DNA from: Clostridia bacterium
GTDB taxonomy: Bacteria > Bacillota > Clostridia > Oscillospirales > Acutalibacteraceae
Length of the DNA: 64,000 nucleotides
Assembly (NCBI GenBank): GCA_022767925.1
Contig: JALENG010000033.1
Location: 16,300 to 80,299 of the forward strand
Reading direction: 5' to 3'
A program made the position numbers and the translations under genes. Under the pieces are notes generated by a model that ran no database searches, was not told where the DNA came from, and saw only the letters and a program-made list of their open reading frames with translations. Shown in pieces: positions 30,731-41,440 of the stretch (positions within the stretch are counted from its first letter, which is position 1; each line of letters starts with the position of its first letter).

Positions 30731-31183
30731 TTACAGACCGGCACTCTCCAGGGCACTCAGTGTTGTCTCAAAATCCGCTTCAGTAACCAGAAGGGAAATC
30801 TCCACTTCCGAGGTAGTAATAATGCGCAGATCGGCATTTGCCTTGGCCGCAGCAGAGAATACCGCAGACGCAACACCGGGGGTATTCTTCATGCAGGGAT
30901 CACTGACGGTAATCTTGCAGTTTCCGCTGCTGACGATGGTATGAATGTCCGACTCTTCATGGACCTTTTTTGTAAATCCGAGAATCTTCACCAGATCCGC
31001 ATCGGAAATGGTAAATGACAGATCCGTATGGGCACCATGGGCAGGGGCCATGGAGATCATATCCACGTTCACACCCAGCTGGGCGATCTGATCAAATATT
31101 TTCTCAATTTCCGCCATATTGGCCGAGCAGCGCTGCAGGGTGACCAGTGTAATTTCCTGTGCTGTGTAGATCGTTGCGCTCAT
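30731..31183 (-). CDS. stand-alone tandem ACT-domain protein (aspartokinase regulatory-domain-like)
   Basis: 150 aa. Resembles the C-terminal ACT pair of aspartate kinase (VTLVTL..NVDMIS..; ITTSEVEISLLV). GGAGG before ATG 31183. Confidence 0.7.
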   Translation of the reverse strand: MSATIYTAQEITLVTLQRCSANMAEIEKIFDQIAQLGVNVDMISMAPAHGAHTDLSFTISDADLVKILGFTKKVHEESDIHTIVSSGNCKITVSDPCMKNTPGVASAVFSAAAKANADLRIITTSEVEISLLVTEADFETTLSALESAGL

Positions 31184-31199
31184 AGAAAATCCTCCTTTT

Positions 31200-31952
31200 T
31201 TACACCATTGCGGACATATCGTACAAACCGGCCGGTTTTTCTGCCAGGAAAAGGGCGGCATTTACCGCACCGCTGGCGAAAACCTCTTTGGACTGCGCGG
31301 AATGGGAGAGACGGATTACCTCGTTATTTCCTGCAAAGATTACCTCATGTTCCCCTACGATGGTACCGCCGCGAATCGAATGAATTCCAATCTCATTCTT
31401 CTCGCGTTTTTTCCGTTGCGAATGGCGGTCATACATATAGGAGACCGGAGAATCCAGACTGTCACGGATGGCATCCGCAATCATCAGAGCCGTACCGCTG
31501 GGGGCATCAATTTTCTGATTATGGTGCTCCTCGACGATCTCGATATCAAAATCGCTGCCCAATACCTGAGCCGCTTTTTTTGATAACTCAATCAACAAAT
31601 TGATTCCAATGGACATATTGCGGGAATAGAAAACTGCGGTTTGCTGAGAAGCTTCTTTCAGTTCTTCCACCTGTTCAGCGGTATAGCCGGTGGTACACAG
31701 AACAATGGGTACCCGATGTTCTTTTGCATAAGCCAGCAGGGAAGAGAGGAGAGAGGGGTGGGAAAAGTCAATGATAACATCCACCGTTTCCTCTACATGG
31801 TCCACCGAGGAGTAAACCGGAAACGCTCCGGTTTCCCGGTCTTCCTGAAGATCCACGCCGGCCACAATCAGGCAGTCGTCCCGTTCCCCAACCAGCCGGG
31901 TGATTACACGGCCCATTTTTCCACAGCAGCCGCAAAGAAGAATCCTTTTCAT
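31200..31952 (-). CDS. dapB: 4-hydroxy-tetrahydrodipicolinate reductase
   Basis: GCCGKMGR NAD(P) motif and EEHHNQKIDAPSGTA signature. Confidence 0.93.
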   Translation of the reverse strand: MKRILLCGCCGKMGRVITRLVGERDDCLIVAGVDLQEDRETGAFPVYSSVDHVEETVDVIIDFSHPSLLSSLLAYAKEHRVPIVLCTTGYTAEQVEELKEASQQTAVFYSRNMSIGINLLIELSKKAAQVLGSDFDIEIVEEHHNQKIDAPSGTALMIADAIRDSLDSPVSYMYDRHSQRKKREKNEIGIHSIRGGTIVGEHEVIFAGNNEVIRLSHSAQSKEVFASGAVNAALFLAEKPAGLYDMSAMV

Positions 31953-31991
31953 TGTTTCACCTGAACCTTTTCTTTATCCTTGGAGTATCCT

Positions 31992-32879
31992 TTACAGCAG
32001 ATGATGCCGTTTCATAACGGAGATTAGCCGCTCACGGGCCGATTCTTCCATTTCGATTAAGGGAAGACGGCAGGGGCCGGCTTTCATCCCCATCAGATTC
32101 ATAGCTTCCTTGATCGGAATAGGATTCACATCATAGAAGAAAGCATCCATCAGGTCCACATATTCCAGCATAATCTCCCGGGCCGAAACCACATCATTTT
32201 TCAGCATATACGCACACAACTCGTGCATGGGGCGGGGGAGAGCGTTGGCAAAAACAGAGATAACCCCTTTTCCGCCCAAAGCCATCATGGCAAGCGTCTG
32301 ATTATCTTCGCCGGAATAAATCGCCAGATCATCCCCGCACAGCGAATGCGTATAGGCCATAGCCGAAATGTTCCCGTTGGCCTCTTTGCATCCGGCGATA
32401 TTCGGATGCTTGCTCAGCTCCAGATAGGTTTTCGGCTGAATATTCATGCCGGTGCGGGAAGGAACATTATAGAGAATACTGGGAATACTCACGCTGTCTG
32501 CAATGGCTGTAAAATGGCGGATCAGACCGGCCTGTGACGTCTTGTTGTAATAGGGGGTCACCTGCAAAAGCCCATCGGCCCCAATGGACTCGGCATAGCG
32601 CGACAGCTCAATTGCCTTGGCCGTGTTATTGCCGCCGCAGTTGCAGATTACCGGAATACGGCGATTCACATGATCCACCGTGAATTTCATCACACGCTTG
32701 TGCTCCTCCACCGTCATGGTAGAGGCTTCACCCGTGGTGCCGCAGGAAATAATGGCATCCGTGCCGTTTTCTACCTGGAACTCGATGAGTTTGGCCAGTG
32801 CATCATAATTGATCGCACCATCTTTGTGCATGGGAGTAACAATAGCAACGCCGCACCCCTCAAAGATTGTCTTCTTCAT
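31992..32879 (-). CDS. dapA: 4-hydroxy-tetrahydrodipicolinate synthase
   Basis: GTTGEAST and YNVPSRTG motifs. About 295 aa. Confidence 0.93.
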   Translation of the reverse strand: MKKTIFEGCGVAIVTPMHKDGAINYDALAKLIEFQVENGTDAIISCGTTGEASTMTVEEHKRVMKFTVDHVNRRIPVICNCGGNNTAKAIELSRYAESIGADGLLQVTPYYNKTSQAGLIRHFTAIADSVSIPSILYNVPSRTGMNIQPKTYLELSKHPNIAGCKEANGNISAMAYTHSLCGDDLAIYSGEDNQTLAMMALGGKGVISVFANALPRPMHELCAYMLKNDVVSAREIMLEYVDLMDAFFYDVNPIPIKEAMNLMGMKAGPCRLPLIEMEESARERLISVMKRHHLL

Positions 32880-32915
32880 ACTGCACATACCTTCTTTCTG
32901 TTTGCCAGATCGGTT

Positions 32916-33998
32916 TTAGTCAAGGTAACCCTTGACAGCGAGCAACTCGGCCATCAGTACGGCACCGCCGGCCGCCCCGCGCAGGGTATTGTGGGAAAGC
33001 GAGACAAATTTGATATCATACTGGGTATCCGGACGCAAACGTCCCACCGATACGGCCATGCCGTTCTCCAGGTTGCGGTCCAGCTTCGCCTGAGGACGGT
33101 CAGACTCGGTGAAATAATGGAGGAACTGCCTGGGTGCGCTGGGTAGATTCAGCTTCTGGGGTTCACCCACATAACTCTCCCAACGATGAATAATTTCCTC
33201 CAGGGAGACCTTCTTTTCAAAAGAGGCAAAAACAGCGGCCGTATGACCATCGGAAACCGGTACCCGCAGGCACTGGGCCGTAATGCTGGGAGAATCCGCA
33301 TTGACAATGCGGCCGTTTTCTACATGCCCCCAGATTTTCAGCGGCTCCTGTTCCGATTTTTCCTCTTCACCACCAATATAGGGAATGACGTTATCGAGAA
33401 TATCCGGGAACGTCTCAAAGGTTTTTCCAGCGCCGGAAATAGCCTGATATGTGCAGGCCAGCACCTTGGTCACACCCAGATCGCGCAGGGCGTTGACTGC
33501 CGGCACATAGCTCTGCAGGGAACAGTTGGATTTTACGGCGATAAATCCGCGCCGGGTACCCAGACGCTGCCGCTGGGAGGGAATGACCTCGGCGTGCTCC
33601 GGGTTAATCTCCGGAATGATCATGGGGACATCCGGCGTACCGCGGTGGGCCGAGTTATTGCTCATCACCGGACATTCTGCCTTTGCGTATTTTTCCTCCA
33701 GCGCGCGGATTTCCTCTTTTTTCATGTTAACCGCACAGAAAACGAAATCGACCATAGAGGCGATTTTTTCCACATCCTGCTCGGCATCCAGCAGCACCAT
33801 GTTCTCCATCGTGGCGGGCATGGGGGTTGCCATGGCCCAGCGGTTCCCCACGGCCTCTTTATAGGTTTTTCCCGCAGAACGAGAAGAGGCCGCCAAGACC
33901 TTGACATGAAACCAGGGATGATTTTCCAGCAGCGTTGTAAACCGCTGGCCGACCATTCCTGTCGCACCGATAATGCCGACATTATACTGTTTATCCAT
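32916..33998 (-). CDS. asd: aspartate-semialdehyde dehydrogenase
   Basis: GIIGATGMVGQ motif and active-site region KSNCSLQ. GGAGG lies 8 nt before ATG 33998. Confidence 0.92.
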   Translation of the reverse strand: MDKQYNVGIIGATGMVGQRFTTLLENHPWFHVKVLAASSRSAGKTYKEAVGNRWAMATPMPATMENMVLLDAEQDVEKIASMVDFVFCAVNMKKEEIRALEEKYAKAECPVMSNNSAHRGTPDVPMIIPEINPEHAEVIPSQRQRLGTRRGFIAVKSNCSLQSYVPAVNALRDLGVTKVLACTYQAISGAGKTFETFPDILDNVIPYIGGEEEKSEQEPLKIWGHVENGRIVNADSPSITAQCLRVPVSDGHTAAVFASFEKKVSLEEIIHRWESYVGEPQKLNLPSAPRQFLHYFTESDRPQAKLDRNLENGMAVSVGRLRPDTQYDIKFVSLSHNTLRGAAGGAVLMAELLAVKGYLD

Positions 33999-34245
33999 CT
34001 TCTTTTCCTCCAACCTCAGGCAAAGATTCCAAAATCGACGGGGAAACTTGTGTTTATGAAAAAAACCGGTTGAAAACCGGTCATCAATTCCATATAATAG
34101 TACTGAGCGTTCTGAAAAAGGGAATCCCCCTTTTGAAAACAGAAAAGAACCATTCCATGGATCTGATGGACAGAAATGTAACTTTTCTCATAAAAAAGTC
34201 TGCCACCGCCCGCTTCCTTCCTCATAGGCAGAATATTTCATTAGT
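33999..34245 (-). promoter_or_regulatory. about 245-nt 5' leader of the asd-dapA-dapB-ACT operon (unclassified attenuator candidate)
   Basis: Lies between a good promoter and asd. Contains two hairpins followed by U-runs. No L-box or T-box signature recognised by eye. Confidence 0.5.
34059..34081 (-). terminator. intrinsic terminator within the asd leader
   Basis: Minus strand reads ACCGGTT-TTC-AACCGGT followed by TTTTTTT, about 60 nt before the asd start. Confidence 0.65.
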
Positions 34246-34251
34246 AATTGT

Positions 34252-34280
34252 ATCATACCATGACACCTTTTTCTTGTCAA
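34252..34280 (-). promoter_or_regulatory. sigma-A type promoter of the asd operon
   Basis: Minus strand: TTGACA (34280-34275), 17-nt spacer, TATGAT (34257-34252). Confidence 0.65.
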
Positions 34281-34418
34281 TTCCCTACCGAATTACGGAT
34301 CACAAATAATCGGTCAAATTTGCCGGAAATTTCCGTTTGTCCTTCACCTGTCTTCATCCATCGGAATTGAGAAAGATATAAATTTATGCAGAAAGAATGG
34401 ATTGTTTTGCAAAAAGAA

Positions 34419-36654
<2,236 letters not shown>

Positions 36655-36659
36655 TTTTC

Positions 36660-36688
36660 TTGCAATCTCCTATTTTCCTTGTTATAAT
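36660..36688 (+). promoter_or_regulatory. sigma-A type promoter upstream of yajC
   Basis: TTGCAA (36660-36665), 17-nt spacer, TATAAT (36683-36688). Confidence 0.55.
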
Positions 36689-36728
36689 CAACGTGTTGCT
36701 TGAATACTAATTTGGAGGTAACTCAGAC

Positions 36729-37058
36729 ATGATGAATTTTCTTCCCCTTGAAGAAGCTGCCGCAACTGATGGCGGCTCGATGTGGATCATGATTGTGATC
36801 TATGCCGTCTTTATCGGTGCCCTGTATCTGATCTTCTTCCGTCCGCAGAGCAAACGGAAAAAGAAAGAGGAGCAAATGCGGAAAAACGCTCAGATCGGCG
36901 ATGAAATCACAACCATTGGCGGCATCTGCGGCCGTATTGTAGCCATTAAAGAGGATACTGATACGCTGATTATCGAGACCGGTTCCGATCGCAGTAAACT
37001 GCGTGTGAAGCGCTGGGCGATTGGCAGCGTGGATACCATCCATGATGACGCCGAGTAA
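36729..37058 (+). CDS. yajC: preprotein translocase subunit YajC
   Basis: 109 aa. One TM segment, then RPQSKRKKKEEQMRKNAQIGDEITTIGGICGRIV. Confidence 0.9.
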   Translation: MMNFLPLEEAAATDGGSMWIMIVIYAVFIGALYLIFFRPQSKRKKKEEQMRKNAQIGDEITTIGGICGRIVAIKEDTDTLIIETGSDRSKLRVKRWAIGSVDTIHDDAE

Positions 37059-37174
37059 TTCCTGACGGGTTCCTTTTTCTTTTATACACCGGATGGCATG
37101 GACTTCTCTTTTCCGGCATATATACAGAATAGATTCAGGTTCTGTATACATGTTGGAAAAGGGAGGTTTTTCTT

Positions 37175-37570
37175 TTGCTGCAAAACGGATGGAAACAGAA
37201 TATCAGGACCCTTCTGTTCGGATGGATTTTTGCCATTCTGATTTCGGCCCTGCTTTTAGGAATTGCCGCTGCCATTTTGGCTGCCGCTGGTACTTTGCCA
37301 TCGTCTCTTTTTTCCCCGATTGTTGTCATTTGCACCAGCGCCGGCGCTCTGCTGTCGGGATTCTGGGCGGGCAAGAGAAACCGCTCCCGCGGGATTCTGT
37401 GGGGACTGCTCTGTGGCTTTCTCATGCTGCTGACGGAAGTTCTGATCGGCGTGTGGCTGATGGTTCCCTCCTATCAGGATGGGCAAGCCGTCACGAAGGC
37501 TGCCGCCATGCTGATCAGCGGTGCCATCGGCGGAATTCTCGGTGCAAACCATACAGAAAAAATCAAATAA
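37175..37570 (+). CDS. small polytopic membrane protein (resembles the TIGR04086 family from memory)
   Basis: 131 aa with 3-4 hydrophobic segments. TTG start 8 nt after GGGAGG. Confidence 0.6.
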   Translation: MLQNGWKQNIRTLLFGWIFAILISALLLGIAAAILAAAGTLPSSLFSPIVVICTSAGALLSGFWAGKRNRSRGILWGLLCGFLMLLTEVLIGVWLMVPSYQDGQAVTKAAAMLISGAIGGILGANHTEKIK

Positions 37571-37594
37571 GGGCTTTTCTTCCTTGGGGCAGTG

Positions 37595-37603
37595 TGCTAT
37601 AAT
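37595..37603 (+). promoter_or_regulatory. extended -10 promoter element upstream of the SCIFF peptide gene
   Basis: TGcTATAAT at 37595-37603. No good -35 seen. Confidence 0.4.
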
Positions 37604-37647
37604 AAAGACAGCGTATTTATTGTTTAGTTGAAACGGAGGGATTCTTT

Positions 37648-37794
37648 GTGAAACAGATTAAAACTCTGAATCAGGCCAATCTGAAGGAAAGCGCCGTAAA
37701 GGGTGGCTGCGGCGAATGCCAGGCATCCTGCCAGTCCGCTTGCAAAACTTCTTGCACGGTTGCCAACCAGAAGTGCGAACACGCTGATAAATAA
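37648..37794 (+). CDS. six-cysteine peptide SCIFF (RiPP precursor), 48 aa
   Basis: Not in the ORF track. GTG start 7 nt after GGAGGG. Translation: MKQIKTLNQANLKESAVKGGCGECQASCQSACKTSCTVANQKCEHADK. Six Cys with the GGCGECQxSCQSACKTSC core typical of SCIFF. Confidence 0.88.
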   Translation: MKQIKTLNQANLKESAVKGGCGECQASCQSACKTSCTVANQKCEHADK

Positions 37795-37822
37795 TCGGTT
37801 TTCGTACCAAATATCAGGGCGC

Positions 37823-37849
37823 TAAGGGACAGCTTTGTACTGTCCCTTA
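37823..37849 (+). terminator. stem-loop between precursor and maturase (partial terminator or processing site)
   Basis: TAAGGGACAG / CTGTCCCTTA 10-bp stem, 7-nt loop, followed by AATTTT. Confidence 0.55.
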
Positions 37850-37876
37850 AATTTTGTGTAAATGGAGAAATTTTCT

Positions 37877-39244
37877 ATGATACATATGTATGAGCAGAAC
37901 GGGTACCGCATTGTGCTGGATACCAATTCCGGTGCCGTTCATGTAATGGATGAAATTCCCTACAAGCTCCTCTCTTATTTTCCGGACCGCATTCCCGAGC
38001 AGCTTCCGGAGGAGATCCGCTGCGCCATGGCTGCGGTTTATCCTGCGGAGCAGGTAGAGGAGGCTTTTTGCGAACTGCAGGAGCTGCAGAGAGAGAATAT
38101 GCTGTTTTCGGCCGATGAGTATGCAAAATTTGCCGATATGATGCAGGCGGCCCCCATCAAGTCCATGTGCCTGAATGTAGCCCACGACTGCAATCTGCGC
38201 TGTGAGTACTGCTTTGCCAGTAAAGGGGATTTCGGCGGAGAGCGGATGCTGATGCCCCTGGAAGTGGGGAAGAAGGCCATTGATTTTCTGATTGCCCATT
38301 CCGGCAGCCGCCACAATCTGGAAATGGATTTCTTTGGCGGAGAACCGCTGATGAACTTTGATGTGGTAAAGGAACTGGTTGCCTATGCCCGCAGCAAAGA
38401 AAAGGAATACAACAAGAATTTCCGGTTTACCATTACCACAAACGGACTGCTGCTGGATGACGAAAAAATTGAATTTATCAACCGTGAGATGTCCAACTGC
38501 GTTTTGTCGCTGGATGGCCGGAAAGAAGTGAATGACCGGCTGCGCGTCCGTGTAAACGGGGCGGGCTGCTATGACCGCATTGTGCCCCAGTTCCAAAAGC
38601 TGGTGGCCACCCGCAATGGCAAGGATTACTATGCCCGCGGAACCTTCACGAAATATAATCTCGATTTTACCGAGGATGTTCTGCATATGGCCGATCTGGG
38701 ATTTGACCAAATCAGCGTAGAACCGGTTGTTTCAGATGAAAAACTGGATTACTCCATTAAAGAAGAGGATCTGCCGCGCGTGTTTGAAGAATACGACCGT
38801 CTGGCAGAAACGATTGTGCGCGACCGCAGGAACGGCAAATACTACAACTTTTTCCATTTTGCCATCGACCTGAATCAGGGACCCTGTGCCATCAAGCGGC
38901 TTCGGGGATGCAGCTGCGGCAATGAATATGTGGCGATCACCCCGGAGGGCGATATCTATCCCTGCCATCAATTTGTGGGAAATGAAGAGTGGAAAATGGG
39001 GAACGTGATGGATGGTTCCCTGGACGTTGAAATGAAAAAGCGCTTTGCCAAAGCAAATGTATACGCCAAGGAAAAGTGCCAGAACTGCTGGGCTCGTTTT
39101 TACTGCAGCGGCGGCTGCAACGCCAACAACTGGGAATATGAGGGGGATATTCTGAAGGCTCATGATATTTCCTGCCAGTTGGAGAAAAAGCGAGTGGAAT
39201 GCGCGATTATGATTCAGGCAGCCCTGGCGGATCAGGAAGACTGA
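37877..39244 (+). CDS. radical SAM/SPASM peptide maturase (SCIFF maturase type)
   Basis: CNLRCEYCF radical SAM motif. C-terminal SPASM cysteines (CSCGNEY..CHQF; CQNCWARFYCSGGC). GGAG lies 9 nt before ATG 37877. The ORF-track start at 37862 lacks an SD. Confidence 0.88.
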   Translation: MIHMYEQNGYRIVLDTNSGAVHVMDEIPYKLLSYFPDRIPEQLPEEIRCAMAAVYPAEQVEEAFCELQELQRENMLFSADEYAKFADMMQAAPIKSMCLNVAHDCNLRCEYCFASKGDFGGERMLMPLEVGKKAIDFLIAHSGSRHNLEMDFFGGEPLMNFDVVKELVAYARSKEKEYNKNFRFTITTNGLLLDDEKIEFINREMSNCVLSLDGRKEVNDRLRVRVNGAGCYDRIVPQFQKLVATRNGKDYYARGTFTKYNLDFTEDVLHMADLGFDQISVEPVVSDEKLDYSIKEEDLPRVFEEYDRLAETIVRDRRNGKYYNFFHFAIDLNQGPCAIKRLRGCSCGNEYVAITPEGDIYPCHQFVGNEEWKMGNVMDGSLDVEMKKRFAKANVYAKEKCQNCWARFYCSGGCNANNWEYEGDILKAHDISCQLEKKRVECAIMIQAALADQED

Positions 39245-39473
39245 GTTTTCCCTGCACAGTTGTGTCTGCCCGAAAGAAGAACAGTTTGTAAACAGAATAT
39301 AAATTTTTCATTTCTTGTTCTTTTTGTGCAAGAATTTCCTTGCATGCTTCTGATTTTTCGGCTATTATATGGTAGTACCGAGGAAAAATAGAGGGGCATA
39401 TTCCGTCTCCCCGACGCATAAGGATGAAGAGAGCTGCTGACAGACAGCAGGATTCTTACGAAATTGCGGGGCG

Positions 39474-40121
39474 ATGGACATGCTGAAAATTACCGGATAC
39501 CACAATCGGGCATTTCCCAAAAAAGGAGCGATTCGGGGGGCTGTTTCCCGCCGATTAGCATGGATGCAGCACCATAAGGTCTTTGTTCTTTTCTTTTTCG
39601 GATACCTGGCTGCTTTTTGCTGCGGCACATTTTTCCATGAGGAAGGAGAGAGCTTTTCTCCTTTACTGCAGACCAATTTCCTTTCCCGTATGCAGCAGCC
39701 ATTTTGGATGGGTTTCTTGTCTTTCTTTGCCATTGTTTTTCTCTGGGAGATTGGCTGCTTCCTCTTTGGACTATCCCTGTGGGGATGGCTGTTTTCGCCG
39801 TGGATGCTCTTTTTCCGCGGCTACGGCGCCGGCGTAGTGGCGGGAAGCATGGTGACCTGTTATGGTTTGGGCGGGGTTTTCGGTTTTCTTCTGATTTTTC
39901 TTCCTGGTATGGCGGTAGAGGCATTCGCCTTTCTTCTGGAAACAGTGGAGAGTACATTCTGCTCTTTCTCGTTCTTTCGGAATCATAGTGACCGATCCTT
40001 TCTCCGCCGGTTTATCCGCCGAACCCTTATTACGACACTGATTTTGCTGATTTCTTCTCTTTTGCAGTTTTTGGGGTGCCTTTGGTTCGGTTCATGGTTT
40101 TTATCACAGTTCGTTCTGTAA
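39474..40121 (+). CDS. polytopic membrane protein, SpoIIM-like (tentative)
   Basis: 215 aa. Its layout loosely parallels SpoIIM/DUF95 (FFRGYGAGVVAG..FLPGMAVEAFAFLL). Confidence 0.4.
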   Translation: MDMLKITGYHNRAFPKKGAIRGAVSRRLAWMQHHKVFVLFFFGYLAAFCCGTFFHEEGESFSPLLQTNFLSRMQQPFWMGFLSFFAIVFLWEIGCFLFGLSLWGWLFSPWMLFFRGYGAGVVAGSMVTCYGLGGVFGFLLIFLPGMAVEAFAFLLETVESTFCSFSFFRNHSDRSFLRRFIRRTLITTLILLISSLLQFLGCLWFGSWFLSQFVL

Positions 40122-40227
40122 TCTCTGCCGGTTTGATCGGCATTGGGCTATGTCTCGGTGTGGATTTGACCGGTTAAGAGTGAGAAGAATATGTCCTTTC
40201 ATTTCTTTGTTTAGGAGCTGATTTCCC

Positions 40228-41262
40228 TTGTCTATTTTCAGTGCCCGTTTTACCAGACCCGGTCCAGGTGTCAGTAAGGATGAACCGGAGAGCCCTGCGA
40301 TTGTACGGTTCTTTCAGATTTTGGGGCGCAAGTTCTCAAAATTTATCCAGTTGAATTTGCTTTTTCTGATTCCCGCTGTTATTACAGCCGCGCTTTGCAT
40401 CGGTCTGCTTTTGCTACCGGGCGTTCCGCGTCTGGCGCTCTCTCTGAATCTTTCCGGGGGCGAACCTTTTATTTTGAATCTTTACGAGATGTACCTGGTG
40501 CCGCTGCCGCTGGTTCTTCTGTATCCGTTTACCGCCGGACTTACTTACGTAACCCGGAATTTTGTCCGGGAGGAGCACGCTTTCATCTTCTCCGATTCTG
40601 TGGAGCAGATCAAGAAGAATTTTAAACAGTTCTTCCTCAATGGGCTTTTGCTCTATGCTTTCTATGTGATTTTCTCCTTTGCTGCCCTTTACTATTCCCA
40701 AACCTTAAGCAGCTGGTATTCGTGCATTCCGCTGGGCCTGTGCTTATTGATGTTTGTTGTCATGATCTTCGCCCAGTACTATATGCCGGTTATGCTGGTT
40801 ACCTTTGAATTAACACTAAAGCAGGCCTATAAAAATGCGTTTATCTTTGCACTGGTTGGTCTGGGCAGGAATTTTCTGATCACCATTGTCTTCCTGATCC
40901 TCGCTTTCCTCTTCTATATGAGCGATATTATGGGGCTTACTGCTCTGCTTACCATTTTCTTTGTGCTGTTGCTGTTCTTTTCCTTCTGTTCGTATGTGGT
41001 CAATTTTGCCGTGTATCCGGTTATCGAGCGGTATTTGATCGAACCCTACTACAATCAGGGCAAAAAGAAAGCAGCACCAGCAGAAGCGAGCACACCGGCC
41101 GAATTGGAAGACAACGAATTCCTTCGCGATGAACTCGACGAGGAGTACGAAGAAAAGAAACCGGAATTCGTCTACATTAACGGAAAACTGGTAAAAAGAG
41201 AAGTGGCAGAAGCGGAGCAACTATTTATGGATGCTGGCCGCGAGCGCGAGAATAAAAAGTGA
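40228..41262 (+). CDS. DUF624 (YesL-like) membrane protein with a charged C-terminal tail
   Basis: N-terminus FTRPGPGVSKDEPE..VRFFQILGRKF..LNLLFLIP, then multiple TM segments. The last ~70 aa are rich in E, K and D. Confidence 0.55.
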   Translation: MSIFSARFTRPGPGVSKDEPESPAIVRFFQILGRKFSKFIQLNLLFLIPAVITAALCIGLLLLPGVPRLALSLNLSGGEPFILNLYEMYLVPLPLVLLYPFTAGLTYVTRNFVREEHAFIFSDSVEQIKKNFKQFFLNGLLLYAFYVIFSFAALYYSQTLSSWYSCIPLGLCLLMFVVMIFAQYYMPVMLVTFELTLKQAYKNAFIFALVGLGRNFLITIVFLILAFLFYMSDIMGLTALLTIFFVLLLFFSFCSYVVNFAVYPVIERYLIEPYYNQGKKKAAPAEASTPAELEDNEFLRDELDEEYEEKKPEFVYINGKLVKREVAEAEQLFMDAGRERENKK

Positions 41263-41266
41263 GAAG

Positions 41267-41298
41267 AATCCGCCTGATTTTTCAGGCGGATTTTTTTC
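41267..41298 (+). terminator. intrinsic terminator
   Basis: AATCCGCCTG / CAGGCGGATT stem followed by TTTTT. Confidence 0.8.
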
Positions 41299-41440
41299 GC
41301 CCTTTTTGCAGAATCTTTGCAGAAAGAAAGAAAAATAATATTGAAGGACTCAAATAAAACATGTATACTATGGATATACATAGCATTGAGGTCGGGATTA
41401 TGCCCATCTCATTATTCTTTTAGAAACCAGGTGGAGTTTT

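Noticed and set aside
34016-34225. A 69-aa ORF inside the asd leader as a possible attenuation leader peptide.
   Set aside because: It has no run of Lys, Thr or Met codons, has no SD, and reads straight through both hairpins. It is more likely non-coding.
33999-34245. Calling the asd leader a lysine riboswitch or a T-box.
   Set aside because: I could not find the conserved L-box elements (AGAGGCGC P1, GCCGAAG, ACTGTCA in order) or a T-box sequence near the terminator. An AAAGGGGG stretch is present but in the wrong context. Left as unclassified pending cmscan.
37093-37602. A 169-aa ORF overlapping the small membrane protein gene in another frame.
   Set aside because: It has no SD and an Arg/Cys-rich composition. 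The 37175 frame encodes coherent TM helices behind GGGAGG.
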